In this document: positions 46,952-56,068 of the stretch, piece by piece | Layout of the letters: every line of letters starts with the position of its first letter | How positions within the stretch are numbered: position 1 is the stretch's first letter | IMG/VR virus record: IMGVR_UViG_3300034120_000663 | Length of the DNA stretch: 64,000 nucleotides | Direction: 5' to 3' (one strand) | Origin: an uncultured virus (IMG/VR IMGVR_UViG_3300034120_000663) | Lineage: Duplodnaviria > Heunggongvirae > Uroviricota > Caudoviricetes | The notes under the pieces: generated by a model | What the model was told of the DNA's origin: nothing | The model's database searches: none | The model's input: only the letters and a program-made list of their open reading frames with translations | Made by a program: the position numbers and the translations under genes

Positions 46952-49328
46952 CCCAGGAGCAAGAGTATTCAGAGGAACGGTCGTCACCTCTTCTCCCTAT
47001 ACGGGAGAGGTGTCTGTGCTGCTGAGCGGGTTCGGCGTAACAGACAGCGTCATTAAGATCTCAAACGTTGCTCGCCGCATGGTCAACAACCGATGGGCCG
47101 TTCCCTCGGTTGGCGATCAGGTGTACGTAACTGGTGACGACGACAACCTATCCAACGCCTTCCTCCTGTCAGCGCATAACGACGACAACGCTGCCACTGG
47201 TGAGCCGATGGGTCACGAGGACAAGTCCCAGTCATCGGTCTCGTTCGACAACACCACTAGGACGTTCTCAATCTCCCCAACGGGAATACAGCATGCTGTG
47301 TGGTGTCGTGGGCGAAGGTTCGTCAAAACCACGACGGAGATACTTCAGATTCCCAATACGACTGGGTCGTACGCTATCTACTACGACGAGAACGGGTTCC
47401 TTGGGTATCAAGCGGATCGCTTCACGCTGGAGTTCCAGACCCCCACCTCGTACGTGTACTGGAACGCCACGACGCAGAGGGCAGAGATCTTCGCAGACGA
47501 GCGACACGGCATTGTGCTTGACTGGCAAACACATGAGTACCTGCATAGGACTCGCGGTGCGTCGCTCGCCAATGGATTTGGTGCTTACGGTTTCACCATT
47601 AGTGGCTCTGGGTCAGCGAACAGTGACGCTCAGATCAGTTTCGCTAACGGCACGTTCTTCGACGAAGACCTAGAAGTATCGATCACTCACTCTGCATCAC
47701 CGGTCGCCAACACATGGCAACAGCGCATTCAAGGACCGGCGTACATCCCCGTGTTCTATAGGTCTGGGACGGCATGGCATCGTGATACCGCCACATCCTA
47801 CCCATTCAAGATGGGTACTACGTACCCCACGTACAACACTTACAGTGCTCCTAACTGGAGCGCTACTGAGATGACCAATCACAAGTTCAGTGTTACTTGG
47901 GTCGTTGCGACGAACAACCTGTCTGAGCCGGTTATTGGGATCATGGGCCAGGGTGAGTACAACAATATTGGTGCAGCAGAGGCAGCGCTGTGGGCGGAAC
48001 TTGATCTCACTTCGTTGCCCATCCAAGAAATGCGACCCCTGTACAAGGTAGTGTTCCAAGTATCTAGTTCGTACTCTAACGCTACTAAGACGGCTATTCG
48101 TGGTGTGTACGATCTGCGTACAACTACCATTACAGCGGGAGCGTCTTCCGTACCCATCGTGCTAGACCACGGGTCACTGACTGGTCTAGCGGACGACGAC
48201 CACACTCAGTACTTCGACCAGACTCGTGGCGATGCCCGCTATTTGCAACTGGGGTCTAACCTCCCCGCAGCGCAACTAACAGGCACTGTTAACACTGCCC
48301 GACTGTCTGGTTCTTACACCGGTATTACCGGAATTGGTAGCATTACTAACAGCCCCAACTTCATGTCTACTGGAACCCTGACCTCATCCCCTGTGACGGG
48401 TCTCCAGATTCTCAACATGACTGCTGGTAACGATGCGTTCCTAACACTCCACGTAAGTACGGACTTCGCTGGGTACTTCGGCATGGGTGGAGCAGAAAAC
48501 GATCTTGTTGTGGGCGGCTTCAGTTACGGAGCAAACCGTTACCGGGTATACCACAGCGGGAATACAAGCCTGTGGTCAAGTTTGTCCCCGACGTTTAGCG
48601 GACTCACGGTAAACAACACGACCACGATCAACGCCAACATCAACTCTGGCGGTACGGGTGGTACTGCTGGGTTCTTTGCCTATGACCGCAACACCCCATA
48701 CACCACCCACGTAGGGCTGTTCTGCTCCTCTTCAGTTGGACGCATCTACCACAGTGGCTATGGGGGGAACATTATCTCGTTCAACTCCAACAGCATCACT
48801 ATCCCTGTTGTCACTGAGTTCAGTCTCGCTGGTACGCCAACGGGAGACGGCGCTGGAGTCATCCGTGCCACGTCTGATGGTTCTCGCACAGGAATCACCA
48901 TCAAGTCATCATCACTATCAACTAGTAGTGACTTCTTTATGGCGTTTTATGATACAGCAAATACAACTAACGCAGTTGGTAGTATCTTTAGTCCTGCAAG
49001 CACATCAACTACGACCTACTCCACCACTTCTGACTATCGCCTGAAGCGGGACGATGCGCCATTGGCTGGTTCGCTGGAGCGGGTAATGGCCCTTCGCCCC
49101 ATCAGTTACCGCTGGGAGCGGTTCGCTGACAGTCCTCTGGAGGAAGGCTTCTTTGCACATGAGGTACAGGAAATCGTGCCCTGTGCGGCGTTCGGAGAGA
49201 AAGACGCCGAGGACGAAAACGGCAACATCGTCGCCCAGCAGATGGAACTATCCCGCCTAGTACCAGTGTTGGTCGGAGCGGTGCAGGAACTGGCAGCCAA
49301 AGTATCCCTACTGGAGAGCGCACAATGA
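46944..49328 (+). CDS. Baseplate spike (gpV/gp5-type OB) fused to a fibre with a C-terminal S74 intramolecular chaperone
   Basis: FRGTVV...VPSVGDQVYV; LDHGSLTGLADDDHTQY; TSDYRLK...GFFAHEVQEIVP...LVPVLVGAVQEL. Confidence 0.8.
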   Translation: MLNPGARVFRGTVVTSSPYTGEVSVLLSGFGVTDSVIKISNVARRMVNNRWAVPSVGDQVYVTGDDDNLSNAFLLSAHNDDNAATGEPMGHEDKSQSSVSFDNTTRTFSISPTGIQHAVWCRGRRFVKTTTEILQIPNTTGSYAIYYDENGFLGYQADRFTLEFQTPTSYVYWNATTQRAEIFADERHGIVLDWQTHEYLHRTRGASLANGFGAYGFTISGSGSANSDAQISFANGTFFDEDLEVSITHSASPVANTWQQRIQGPAYIPVFYRSGTAWHRDTATSYPFKMGTTYPTYNTYSAPNWSATEMTNHKFSVTWVVATNNLSEPVIGIMGQGEYNNIGAAEAALWAELDLTSLPIQEMRPLYKVVFQVSSSYSNATKTAIRGVYDLRTTTITAGASSVPIVLDHGSLTGLADDDHTQYFDQTRGDARYLQLGSNLPAAQLTGTVNTARLSGSYTGITGIGSITNSPNFMSTGTLTSSPVTGLQILNMTAGNDAFLTLHVSTDFAGYFGMGGAENDLVVGGFSYGANRYRVYHSGNTSLWSSLSPTFSGLTVNNTTTINANINSGGTGGTAGFFAYDRNTPYTTHVGLFCSSSVGRIYHSGYGGNIISFNSNSITIPVVTEFSLAGTPTGDGAGVIRATSDGSRTGITIKSSSLSTSSDFFMAFYDTANTTNAVGSIFSPASTSTTTYSTTSDYRLKRDDAPLAGSLERVMALRPISYRWERFADSPLEEGFFAHEVQEIVPCAAFGEKDAEDENGNIVAQQMELSRLVPVLVGAVQELAAKVSLLESAQ

Positions 49329-49423
49329 AAAAGGTGTCGGCTTTAATCGCACTAGCAGTATGCGTATACCTATACGTATTAGTATCTGTGTATAGGGCGT
49401 ACAGGGAGATTGAGTACCCATGA
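49325..49423 (+). CDS. 32-aa single-TM peptide (not in ORF track)
   Basis: MKKVSALIALAVCVYLYVLVSVYRAYREIEYP; ATGA overlaps at both ends. Confidence 0.5.
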   Translation: MKKVSALIALAVCVYLYVLVSVYRAYREIEYP

Positions 49424-49803
49424 AAAGCATTGACCTTCCGTTCAATTTCTCCAATGGTCGACTGTCCGTGGTGTCGGACTACGCTGCTGTAATTGAGCAG
49501 AAGATCCTTGACGTTCTACTCACGTCAAGGTCTGAGCGGGTCATGCGACCAAGGTATGGGGCCGGTGCCTACTCTCTGCTGTTTGAGATCATGGACCCTA
49601 ACGTGTGGGCAGACTTCAGAGCAGAGGCCATGATGGACATCAACGAGTCCGTTGACGGTGTTATTGTCAACGACATTCGTATGTCAGTAGATGATCACGG
49701 CGGGGATTCGGGGTATGATACCGTTCTATCAATCGCGGTGATGTACACGATTCCACCTGATAAGACGAACACCCTTTCGTTCTCCGTTAGCCAAGGGTTC
49801 TAG
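49420..49803 (+). CDS. Baseplate wedge protein (gp25/gpW-like)
   Basis: LLTSRSERVMRPRYG. Confidence 0.88.
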   Translation: MKSIDLPFNFSNGRLSVVSDYAAVIEQKILDVLLTSRSERVMRPRYGAGAYSLLFEIMDPNVWADFRAEAMMDINESVDGVIVNDIRMSVDDHGGDSGYDTVLSIAVMYTIPPDKTNTLSFSVSQGF

Positions 49804-49811
49804 GAGCGACA

Positions 49812-51296
49812 GTGTCTACCTTCAACTATACGAGTCGCGACTTTGGAACGATCAAGGCAGATCTGACATCACGTGCTGCTGCGATGATCCCAGACTGGAC
49901 TGACCGCAGCCCAGCAGACTTCATGGTGGCCCTCATTGACCTGTGGGCATACTCAGCGGACGTACTCCATTACTACGTCGACAGGGCTGCCACAGAGGCG
50001 TTCCTGAGCACCGCTACTCAAAGGGATAGCGTCCTGGCGTTTGCCAACCTGTACGACTACACGCCCAACTTCAGGCAGAGCGCCGCTGTTTCCGTACAGG
50101 TGTCCAACCCTACGAATGCCAACATCGCCATCCCCTCGGGTACTCGCTTCTACGCACAAGTCGGCTCTAACCGAGTTGAGTTCTACGCAACTACGACAGT
50201 AACCGCTGCTAGCAACTCGTCAATAAATGTGTCGTGCACGCAGGGTGTGCAGAAGACTGACCAGAAGGTTGCGTCTCTGAACACTACCGCTGGAACGAAG
50301 AGTGATGGAACGTCCACACAACGCTTCACGATCCCTGATCCGTTCGTAGCACCGAACACCGTTAGTGTGTTCGTAAAAGAGGGCAACGTCACGTCCCAGT
50401 GGACATACGACGATCAGTTTACAAACTCTTTTGCTGCCTCCAATACGTACTCCTTGTACGTAACTACGGACGGGTACGTGCAGATCGTGTTCGGCAATGG
50501 TGTCAATGGACGAATCCCCGCTACTGGGTCGGACATTTCAGCGTCTTACTCTATCAACTCGGGCACCTCGGGTAACGTAGCAGCGAACACCATCACTAAC
50601 TTCGTCAACCCAATCACAGGGCTGAACGTGATTGGCAACGCATTTGCCGCCGTAGGTGGCGCAGACGCAGAGTCGATTGACTCACTTAAGCGAAGCATCC
50701 CGGCTACACTGCGTACACAGAGTCGCGCTGTGTCTCTCACTGACTACGAAGACCTAGCACTTAGCGTGCAAGGCGTGTCCAAGACCAAGGCCGTGTACGC
50801 CGGAACCGGTGCTAACGGCGGGTCTGTTACTGTGCATGCCGTTGCATACCAGTCAGACTTCCTGACTGGTGCGAGTGTTATCCCCGTCAGTTCTACGCTG
50901 CGGAATGATGTGTCTAGTTCGCTGCAAGCAGCCTCAATGCTCGGCATTACGAACATCACCGTTCCGTCCACGATTACATGTGACAACGTAAAGATCACGA
51001 TGGATGTAGTGGTCAGGTCGAACTACGTGCAGGAGTGGGTGCGTCTAGATGTGCAGAATGCCATCGATTCACTGTTCACGTTTGACCAGACATCGTTTGG
51101 TAAGAGGCTCCCTCTAGGTGATGTGTACCGAACCGCTATGGCGGTTGCTGGGGTTGACTACGTGTCGATCACGGCGTTCAACACTGACGGTGGTTCGTCT
51201 GTACAGACTGCCGTGTCGTCGGCGTCCACTAGACTCCTTAAAAAGGGAACAGTAACGATTACGGCTACAGGCGGGGTAACCCCTAGTGGCTCGTAA
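49812..51296 (+). CDS. Baseplate J-like wedge protein
   Basis: YTSRDF, FGNGVNGRIP, GGADAES, RAVSLTDYE. Confidence 0.9.
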   Translation: MSTFNYTSRDFGTIKADLTSRAAAMIPDWTDRSPADFMVALIDLWAYSADVLHYYVDRAATEAFLSTATQRDSVLAFANLYDYTPNFRQSAAVSVQVSNPTNANIAIPSGTRFYAQVGSNRVEFYATTTVTAASNSSINVSCTQGVQKTDQKVASLNTTAGTKSDGTSTQRFTIPDPFVAPNTVSVFVKEGNVTSQWTYDDQFTNSFAASNTYSLYVTTDGYVQIVFGNGVNGRIPATGSDISASYSINSGTSGNVAANTITNFVNPITGLNVIGNAFAAVGGADAESIDSLKRSIPATLRTQSRAVSLTDYEDLALSVQGVSKTKAVYAGTGANGGSVTVHAVAYQSDFLTGASVIPVSSTLRNDVSSSLQAASMLGITNITVPSTITCDNVKITMDVVVRSNYVQEWVRLDVQNAIDSLFTFDQTSFGKRLPLGDVYRTAMAVAGVDYVSITAFNTDGGSSVQTAVSSASTRLLKKGTVTITATGGVTPSGS

Positions 51297-53421
51297 CTCG
51301 TTTACATTTAAGCAATCCACCAACGCCTCTGTAGGGTCGTTCCTACAGATCTCTCCGAGTTACTTTGCTGGGTCTGACGATGCCTCTGCTCTGCGGTCAG
51401 ACGGATACGTAACTGCCCCCACGAACACGTCGGGCACAGAACTGTTCTTGGATGCGGAAGCCACCGGATACAGCACTATCACTCTTGATTGGCAGATCAA
51501 TGGGTCGTTGGCTACCGTAATCACGGCAACCCCTCAAGTAACAGCGCTACTACTGGTGTACAGCCCAGTCGGCGCACCACAGACTGTTGCTGACGGGACT
51601 CTGCTAAATAACATCACCTCAGCAGCGGGGACATACGTCCACACTGGTCTTAATAGTGGATCATGGGCGTATTACTCGCTGTTCTCTCAGTATGAGGGAA
51701 TCGGAGTTAACTCTTGGTATGAACTAATCGGGTCTACTGAAGTGCTAGTTCCTAAGAACTACGGCTCTACCGATGACCTGTGGAAGCGCATCCCAAGGCA
51801 CTACCGCTTAGCGGATGAGTCGTCAGGGAATACCCCGTCAAGCAACGATGGAGATGGTCATCCCCTTGTTGGCGGGCCGCTCTACAGAACTCTCAGCGTA
51901 TTCGGCTGGGACATCGACAAGATGCGGACTCTAGTTGACTACCAGATGGTTGCTAAAGACCCAGCAAATGCTGCAACTGAGGCGCTAAACGCCTTGGCGT
52001 TTGAGGTGGGGCTTCCCATCACAGCCACTGATCTTGGCCCAATTCGTCTTCGTAACGCTCTGTGGAACGTGCGTACGAACACGTCAACTAAGGGGACGCT
52101 TGCTGGCGTTGAGCGCACACTGTCAAATCTGACTGGTTCTGTAGTAGAGATCGTCCCCACGAGGCCGAACCTGCTCACCGCAGCACAGCGAGCCTTCTCT
52201 GGGGGGTTCACCCCAGCATCCGCAGGACTGCCGACAGGTAGTCAGTGGAGTTACACTTCCGCTGCATCATTGGCAGCAAGTGCTGGTGGCGTGCGTGTGT
52301 CGCGGGCATCTGGAACTGACTTTGCGCTTGCGCTCATCTCCACCCGAGTTACCATTTCCAACGCTGAGCAGTACAGGTCGTACTACGATGTGCTCCCAGC
52401 AACCGGAGCGTCAGTAGTTGGATCAATGATGACGGGAGCGTCAGTATCGCTATCGTCGTTCACCTTCGACAGTGTCACGGGAGTAGTCAGCGAGGTTCCT
52501 GCTGGATTCCAGGCACAGTTGAGCGGCGGTGACCGGTGGTATCAGGCACCCCAGACGCACGGCATTGTAGGCAACGGTTCCTACACGAGCGGAACCGTCT
52601 ATTTGACTATTGCCGTTGTCATGAATGCCACTGGTGCTCTCTTGCTGAGGAACCCATCAGTCAACTCACGTAACAACTACCCATACGTCATCAACGTGTA
52701 TAGCCAAAGGGTCAACCTGATCAAAGATCCTCGGTTCACTACGTCGACACTAAACACTGGTGCGTCTGGGTCGGCTAACTACTGGTGTGTGTACCCGACA
52801 GCGGGAAGTTGTACTGCCGCTGTTGGCAGTACCTCGCTCAGTATTACCTCTGCTACCGGTGCATCCGTGTCAGTCAACACGAACGTGACTGGTAACTACT
52901 TTGCCACTCGTACTGGTGTTCCATACAACTTCTCCATCATCGACGACAAAGAGTCAATCGCCTCTGTTCGGCTGGTGTCAGTTACTTATGGAGTAATCGC
53001 ATCTGCGACAATCCCGTATGCCGTGGAGCAGACAGCGGCAGGCAAGCGCAGATACTGGGAGTTGCTCAAAGCGTATGACGCTCCCTGGTTCCCCCTAAAC
53101 ATCAGTGACTGCTACTTTGAGTTCTCTCTTGGAGTAACTGGAACGGTGCTGCTACAGCAGCCTCTGTTTGAGCCACTACTTCGATACGGTGCCTACTTTG
53201 ACGGCAGCAGCACGAATGGTGGCTGGCTGCGTGGTACTGGATCAACTGGTAGGAGTGACTACCGGTGGGGTTCTGGTGGAACGAACACGGATTTCTCGTA
53301 CTACTCTACTGACTACGGGCGAATGGTGTCCACTGTAAACAGAGTCATTCAGTACTACGTCCCTGTTACCGAGTCGAACGCAAGTGCCTCTCTCTTCTTC
53401 AACAAGATCATCGGATCGTGA
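51286..53421 (+). CDS. Baseplate/tail protein (gpI-like core with extensions)
   Basis: LWKRIPRHY, LSVFGWDID, KGTLAGV. Confidence 0.7.
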   Translation: MARNSFTFKQSTNASVGSFLQISPSYFAGSDDASALRSDGYVTAPTNTSGTELFLDAEATGYSTITLDWQINGSLATVITATPQVTALLLVYSPVGAPQTVADGTLLNNITSAAGTYVHTGLNSGSWAYYSLFSQYEGIGVNSWYELIGSTEVLVPKNYGSTDDLWKRIPRHYRLADESSGNTPSSNDGDGHPLVGGPLYRTLSVFGWDIDKMRTLVDYQMVAKDPANAATEALNALAFEVGLPITATDLGPIRLRNALWNVRTNTSTKGTLAGVERTLSNLTGSVVEIVPTRPNLLTAAQRAFSGGFTPASAGLPTGSQWSYTSAASLAASAGGVRVSRASGTDFALALISTRVTISNAEQYRSYYDVLPATGASVVGSMMTGASVSLSSFTFDSVTGVVSEVPAGFQAQLSGGDRWYQAPQTHGIVGNGSYTSGTVYLTIAVVMNATGALLLRNPSVNSRNNYPYVINVYSQRVNLIKDPRFTTSTLNTGASGSANYWCVYPTAGSCTAAVGSTSLSITSATGASVSVNTNVTGNYFATRTGVPYNFSIIDDKESIASVRLVSVTYGVIASATIPYAVEQTAAGKRRYWELLKAYDAPWFPLNISDCYFEFSLGVTGTVLLQQPLFEPLLRYGAYFDGSSTNGGWLRGTGSTGRSDYRWGSGGTNTDFSYYSTDYGRMVSTVNRVIQYYVPVTESNASASLFFNKIIGS

Positions 53422-53672
53422 ACGTACTACTTAGTGGTCTAGTCGTATACAAAATCGTGCAGTTCATCAAGGCAACGGCACCAGTGTCGATCCCCCCGTG
53501 GGTTGAGTTACTCCTGTCAGTGCTGATCAGCATCGGTGTGACGTTTGTCACAGTAGACGGTAACGTCGTATTTATGGGCCTTGTAGTTGCTACACTGGCA
53601 GAGGCGACGCAGATGATCATGCGACTCGCTGCCTTTGCAGGAGACCTCCTGCTGAGGAAGAGCATTAAGTAG
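53418..53672 (+). CDS. Small membrane protein
   Basis: Two to three hydrophobic helices. Confidence 0.6.
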   Translation: MNVLLSGLVVYKIVQFIKATAPVSIPPWVELLLSVLISIGVTFVTVDGNVVFMGLVVATLAEATQMIMRLAAFAGDLLLRKSIK

Positions 53673-53690
53673 CACAACAAGGAGAACACA

Positions 53691-54527
53691 TTGGCTAAGG
53701 CACTACCACCCGTGTATGGCATCGCTGGAAGGGGCCACGCCAAAGCGTCGGTCGTCTTGACCGGCCTCAAGGATCTTCCTGGGCCGTTCATCCTACCCAT
53801 GTACAAAGAGCCTTACGCCATCATGCATAAGGTCTACAGTTACTTCAACGACATCCTCTTCAACGATGAAGTGGATCGGGTAAACGAGGTCTACGGCAAC
53901 GTTGATCCCAGTGACTGCTTTGAGTGGGACGTAACGTGGGACTCCGTTCTGGGGACGCTCAACAGCAAGTGGTCAGACGACAAAGTCGACCAGGCAGTAG
54001 TCGACGCTCTGATTGAGCACCGTGGTGAAAACGATCCGACTCTTCTGATCCTGTGGGATGACTCCAACAGTGAGGCGATGGAAACGCTCTGCTCCTATGC
54101 ACTTGAGCATGGCGTCAAGGTACTTGACCTGGCAAATGGCCTGGCCCCAATTGCTCTTGAGGAAGAGGAGCAGGCTCCTGAGCAGAAGGAAGAGGAGCCT
54201 GAAGAGGAACACAGCAACTTCACCCATGAAGAACTGGTGGCGATGCCTCTCGCATCACTCAAGCGCATGGCTACTGCACTGGGTCACGAGATCCCCTCTC
54301 GTCCATCGAAGGAGCATCTCGCAGAGATGATCTCTGGAGAACCCACCACTGAAGAGGTGGCAGTGCCAGCACCGAAGGAAGAGAAGGCGAAGACGGAAGA
54401 CGCCCCACTGGAGAGCAACGTGGTCTCCATCACAGTTGTCTACGACAACGGCGCTACTGTCGTGCTGAACGCCTCTGGCGCTACTGGTGCGCTCGCAAAG
54501 GAACTTGTCAAGGCATACCTGTCCTGA
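53691..54527 (+). CDS. Hypothetical protein with a Rho-N/HeH-like helical motif
   Basis: AAGGAG RBS with TTG start; FTHEELVAMPLASLKRMATALG...SKEHLAEMI. Confidence 0.65.
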   Translation: MAKALPPVYGIAGRGHAKASVVLTGLKDLPGPFILPMYKEPYAIMHKVYSYFNDILFNDEVDRVNEVYGNVDPSDCFEWDVTWDSVLGTLNSKWSDDKVDQAVVDALIEHRGENDPTLLILWDDSNSEAMETLCSYALEHGVKVLDLANGLAPIALEEEEQAPEQKEEEPEEEHSNFTHEELVAMPLASLKRMATALGHEIPSRPSKEHLAEMISGEPTTEEVAVPAPKEEKAKTEDAPLESNVVSITVVYDNGATVVLNASGATGALAKELVKAYLS

Positions 54528-54553
54528 CGTAGTCCAGAATCACCAAGGAAGAG

Positions 54554-54577
54554 GGCACCCTTCGGGGTGCCTTTTTC
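54554..54577 (+). terminator. Intrinsic terminator closing the structural operon
   Basis: GGCACCC-TTCG-GGGTGCC-TTTTT. Confidence 0.88.
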
Positions 54578-54602
54578 TTGTACCCAGTGTCTCACGATGA
54601 GA

Positions 54603-54694
54603 CAAAGGAAAGAGGGGCCGCTACACCCCCGCTTATTGGGCGGGCTTCGCAGCGGCCCCTCTTCCAGGGGACAAGGGAGAACCACCAACCTTGT
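54603..54694 (-). ncRNA. Candidate ~92-nt sRNA with an anti-Shine-Dalgarno loop
   Basis: 5' hairpin ACAAGG-UUGGUGGUUCUC-CCUUGU, 12-bp terminator stem (54611-54622/54651-54662) and a UUCCUUU tail. Confidence 0.6.
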
Positions 54695-54700
54695 GCCAAC

Positions 54701-54729
54701 ATCTTAGCAACAGGGTTGGGCTGGATCAA
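54701..54729 (-). promoter_or_regulatory. Sigma70-type promoter for the candidate sRNA
   Basis: TTGATC-N17-TAAGAT with an extended TGn on the minus strand. Confidence 0.65.
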
Positions 54730-54792
54730 CTCAGTTAGCGAATTTCTTAGAGAACTACAACATTTCTGCTCAGATCACCAGCCCCCAAGGGT

Positions 54793-54879
54793 GTGCCCAA
54801 CGTCACATCATGTGACGCTCGTCACCCTCAAAGTAGTGCACGTACTACACTAATTCGGGTGTCATGTGACGAACGTCAC
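54793..54879. promoter_or_regulatory. Three more CRP-type palindromes
   Basis: 54793-54806 (degenerate), GTGACGCTCGTCAC 54812-54825, GTGACGAACGTCAC 54866-54879. Confidence 0.65.
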
Positions 54880-54945
54880 ACCCCCAATCCCCTCAAATAG
54901 TTGCTATCGCTCTATAGCGTAGTAGCACATAGTTATTGTGTTGAG

Positions 54946-54979
54946 TTAATTACAAGTACCTAACGGTACTTGTAATTAA
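54946..54979. repeat. Perfect 15-bp AT-rich inverted repeat
   Basis: TTAATTACAAGTACC-TAAC-GGTACTTGTAATTAA. Confidence 0.85.
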
Positions 54980-55037
54980 GTGGCGGAGCCACCTTCGTAA
55001 ACTAGCCTGGAAATCTGTAGAACTGAGTGGACGTGCC

Positions 55038-55293
55038 GGTGTAGGGGCGCTAGTCTTGCGCTGCTGCTGACGGGCAGACCGCAAACCCAACCGCGTAACG
55101 GAGGGCGTTAACCACGGGCGTCAGTACGTGGAAAAGGTACCGGCCTTTTAACCGGAGGTTTCCACGCACCAGAGTATGTGGCGAGCGACGGCTCTAGAGA
55201 CCCCCCAACGGCCCGGCCAGGTCAGGGGGGTCTTGACGTTTCAGGGGTAGGAGAGAAGAAATCTCAGCCACGTAGACCAACCGGCTTGAAACG
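55038..55293 (+). ncRNA. Candidate multi-stem structured RNA (unknown family)
   Basis: Stems 55065-55072/55119-55126, 55127-55134/55159-55166, 55171-55175/55191-55195, 55198-55206/55225-55233, 55237-55244/55286-55293. Confidence 0.5.
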
Positions 55294-55313
55294 CTGCGAT
55301 CTGCGTGTATGGT
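55286..55313 (+). promoter_or_regulatory. Putative promoter of the replication operon
   Basis: TTGAAA-N16-TATGGT, upstream of the AAGGAGAACCAC RBS. Confidence 0.4.
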
Positions 55314-55339
55314 AGATGGCCTAGCAAAGGAGAACCACG

Positions 55340-56068
55340 ATGATCTACGGCAAAGACCCAGATGCCGTGCTCACTGAAGAGCAGCCCAAGACTCGGTGGC
55401 ACAAGAGCACCACCAGCCTCACCAAGAACGACTCCAGCCCACAAACCGTGGTGAGCATGTTCTCCTACTTCAACTTCTCAGCCAGGAAGCGCATGCTCCC
55501 ATCAGTCGTTGACTGGTCTGAATCGCTGGCGTTCAAGTCCCAACTCAAGCGCTGGGTGAGTCTTGGGATCACCACCGACCAGTTCACGAAGATGTGTGAT
55601 CTCTTCTTCGCCACCTACAAGGGCACCACGCCGTGGAAGAGTTTCACGTCCACAGCAGTTCGTGACCGTCTCATTAGTGAGACAGCACCGGCTGGTGAGT
55701 CGTTCACCGAGATGGAGCAGTGGCTGATGAACGACCTAGCCTACGATGATTACCTCCCGTGGACTAGCCGTGAGAACTCAGAGTCAGCATCGCTGGTTCT
55801 CCGCTTCCCTGGCCTGCTTCACACGTACCCTGACGTGGTGCTTGATGTGGTGGAGAAGGCGTCAGGCTCCGATGCCATCGGCCTGCTGGAAGACGTGATG
55901 TTGCTGACGGACAATGGTGTCCGTGGTGCTGAGCGAAAGGCAGCAGTTGCCCGCCTACAGCAGAGCGATGTGCGTGTACCAAAGTCAATGATGACGGTGT
56001 CGACTCTTCGGTCACCTGCTACCTCGTTGCTCGCTGCGATCACCTTGGCAAGGTCTGACAAGTCATGA
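55340..56068 (+). CDS. Hypothetical protein heading the replication module
   Basis: Strong RBS; ATGA-coupled to the DnaC-like gene. Confidence 0.7.
   Translation: MIYGKDPDAVLTEEQPKTRWHKSTTSLTKNDSSPQTVVSMFSYFNFSARKRMLPSVVDWSESLAFKSQLKRWVSLGITTDQFTKMCDLFFATYKGTTPWKSFTSTAVRDRLISETAPAGESFTEMEQWLMNDLAYDDYLPWTSRENSESASLVLRFPGLLHTYPDVVLDVVEKASGSDAIGLLEDVMLLTDNGVRGAERKAAVARLQQSDVRVPKSMMTVSTLRSPATSLLAAITLARSDKS

Noticed and set aside
37836..53421. Bacterial extracellular contractile injection system or tailocin
   Set aside because: Terminase, portal, scaffold, capsid and replication genes are present, so this is a phage.
54528..55339. tRNA, tmRNA or coding ORF (54578-54853)
   Set aside because: No T-loop/acceptor-stem cloverleaf or tmRNA ends seen; the ORF crosses hairpins and lacks an RBS.
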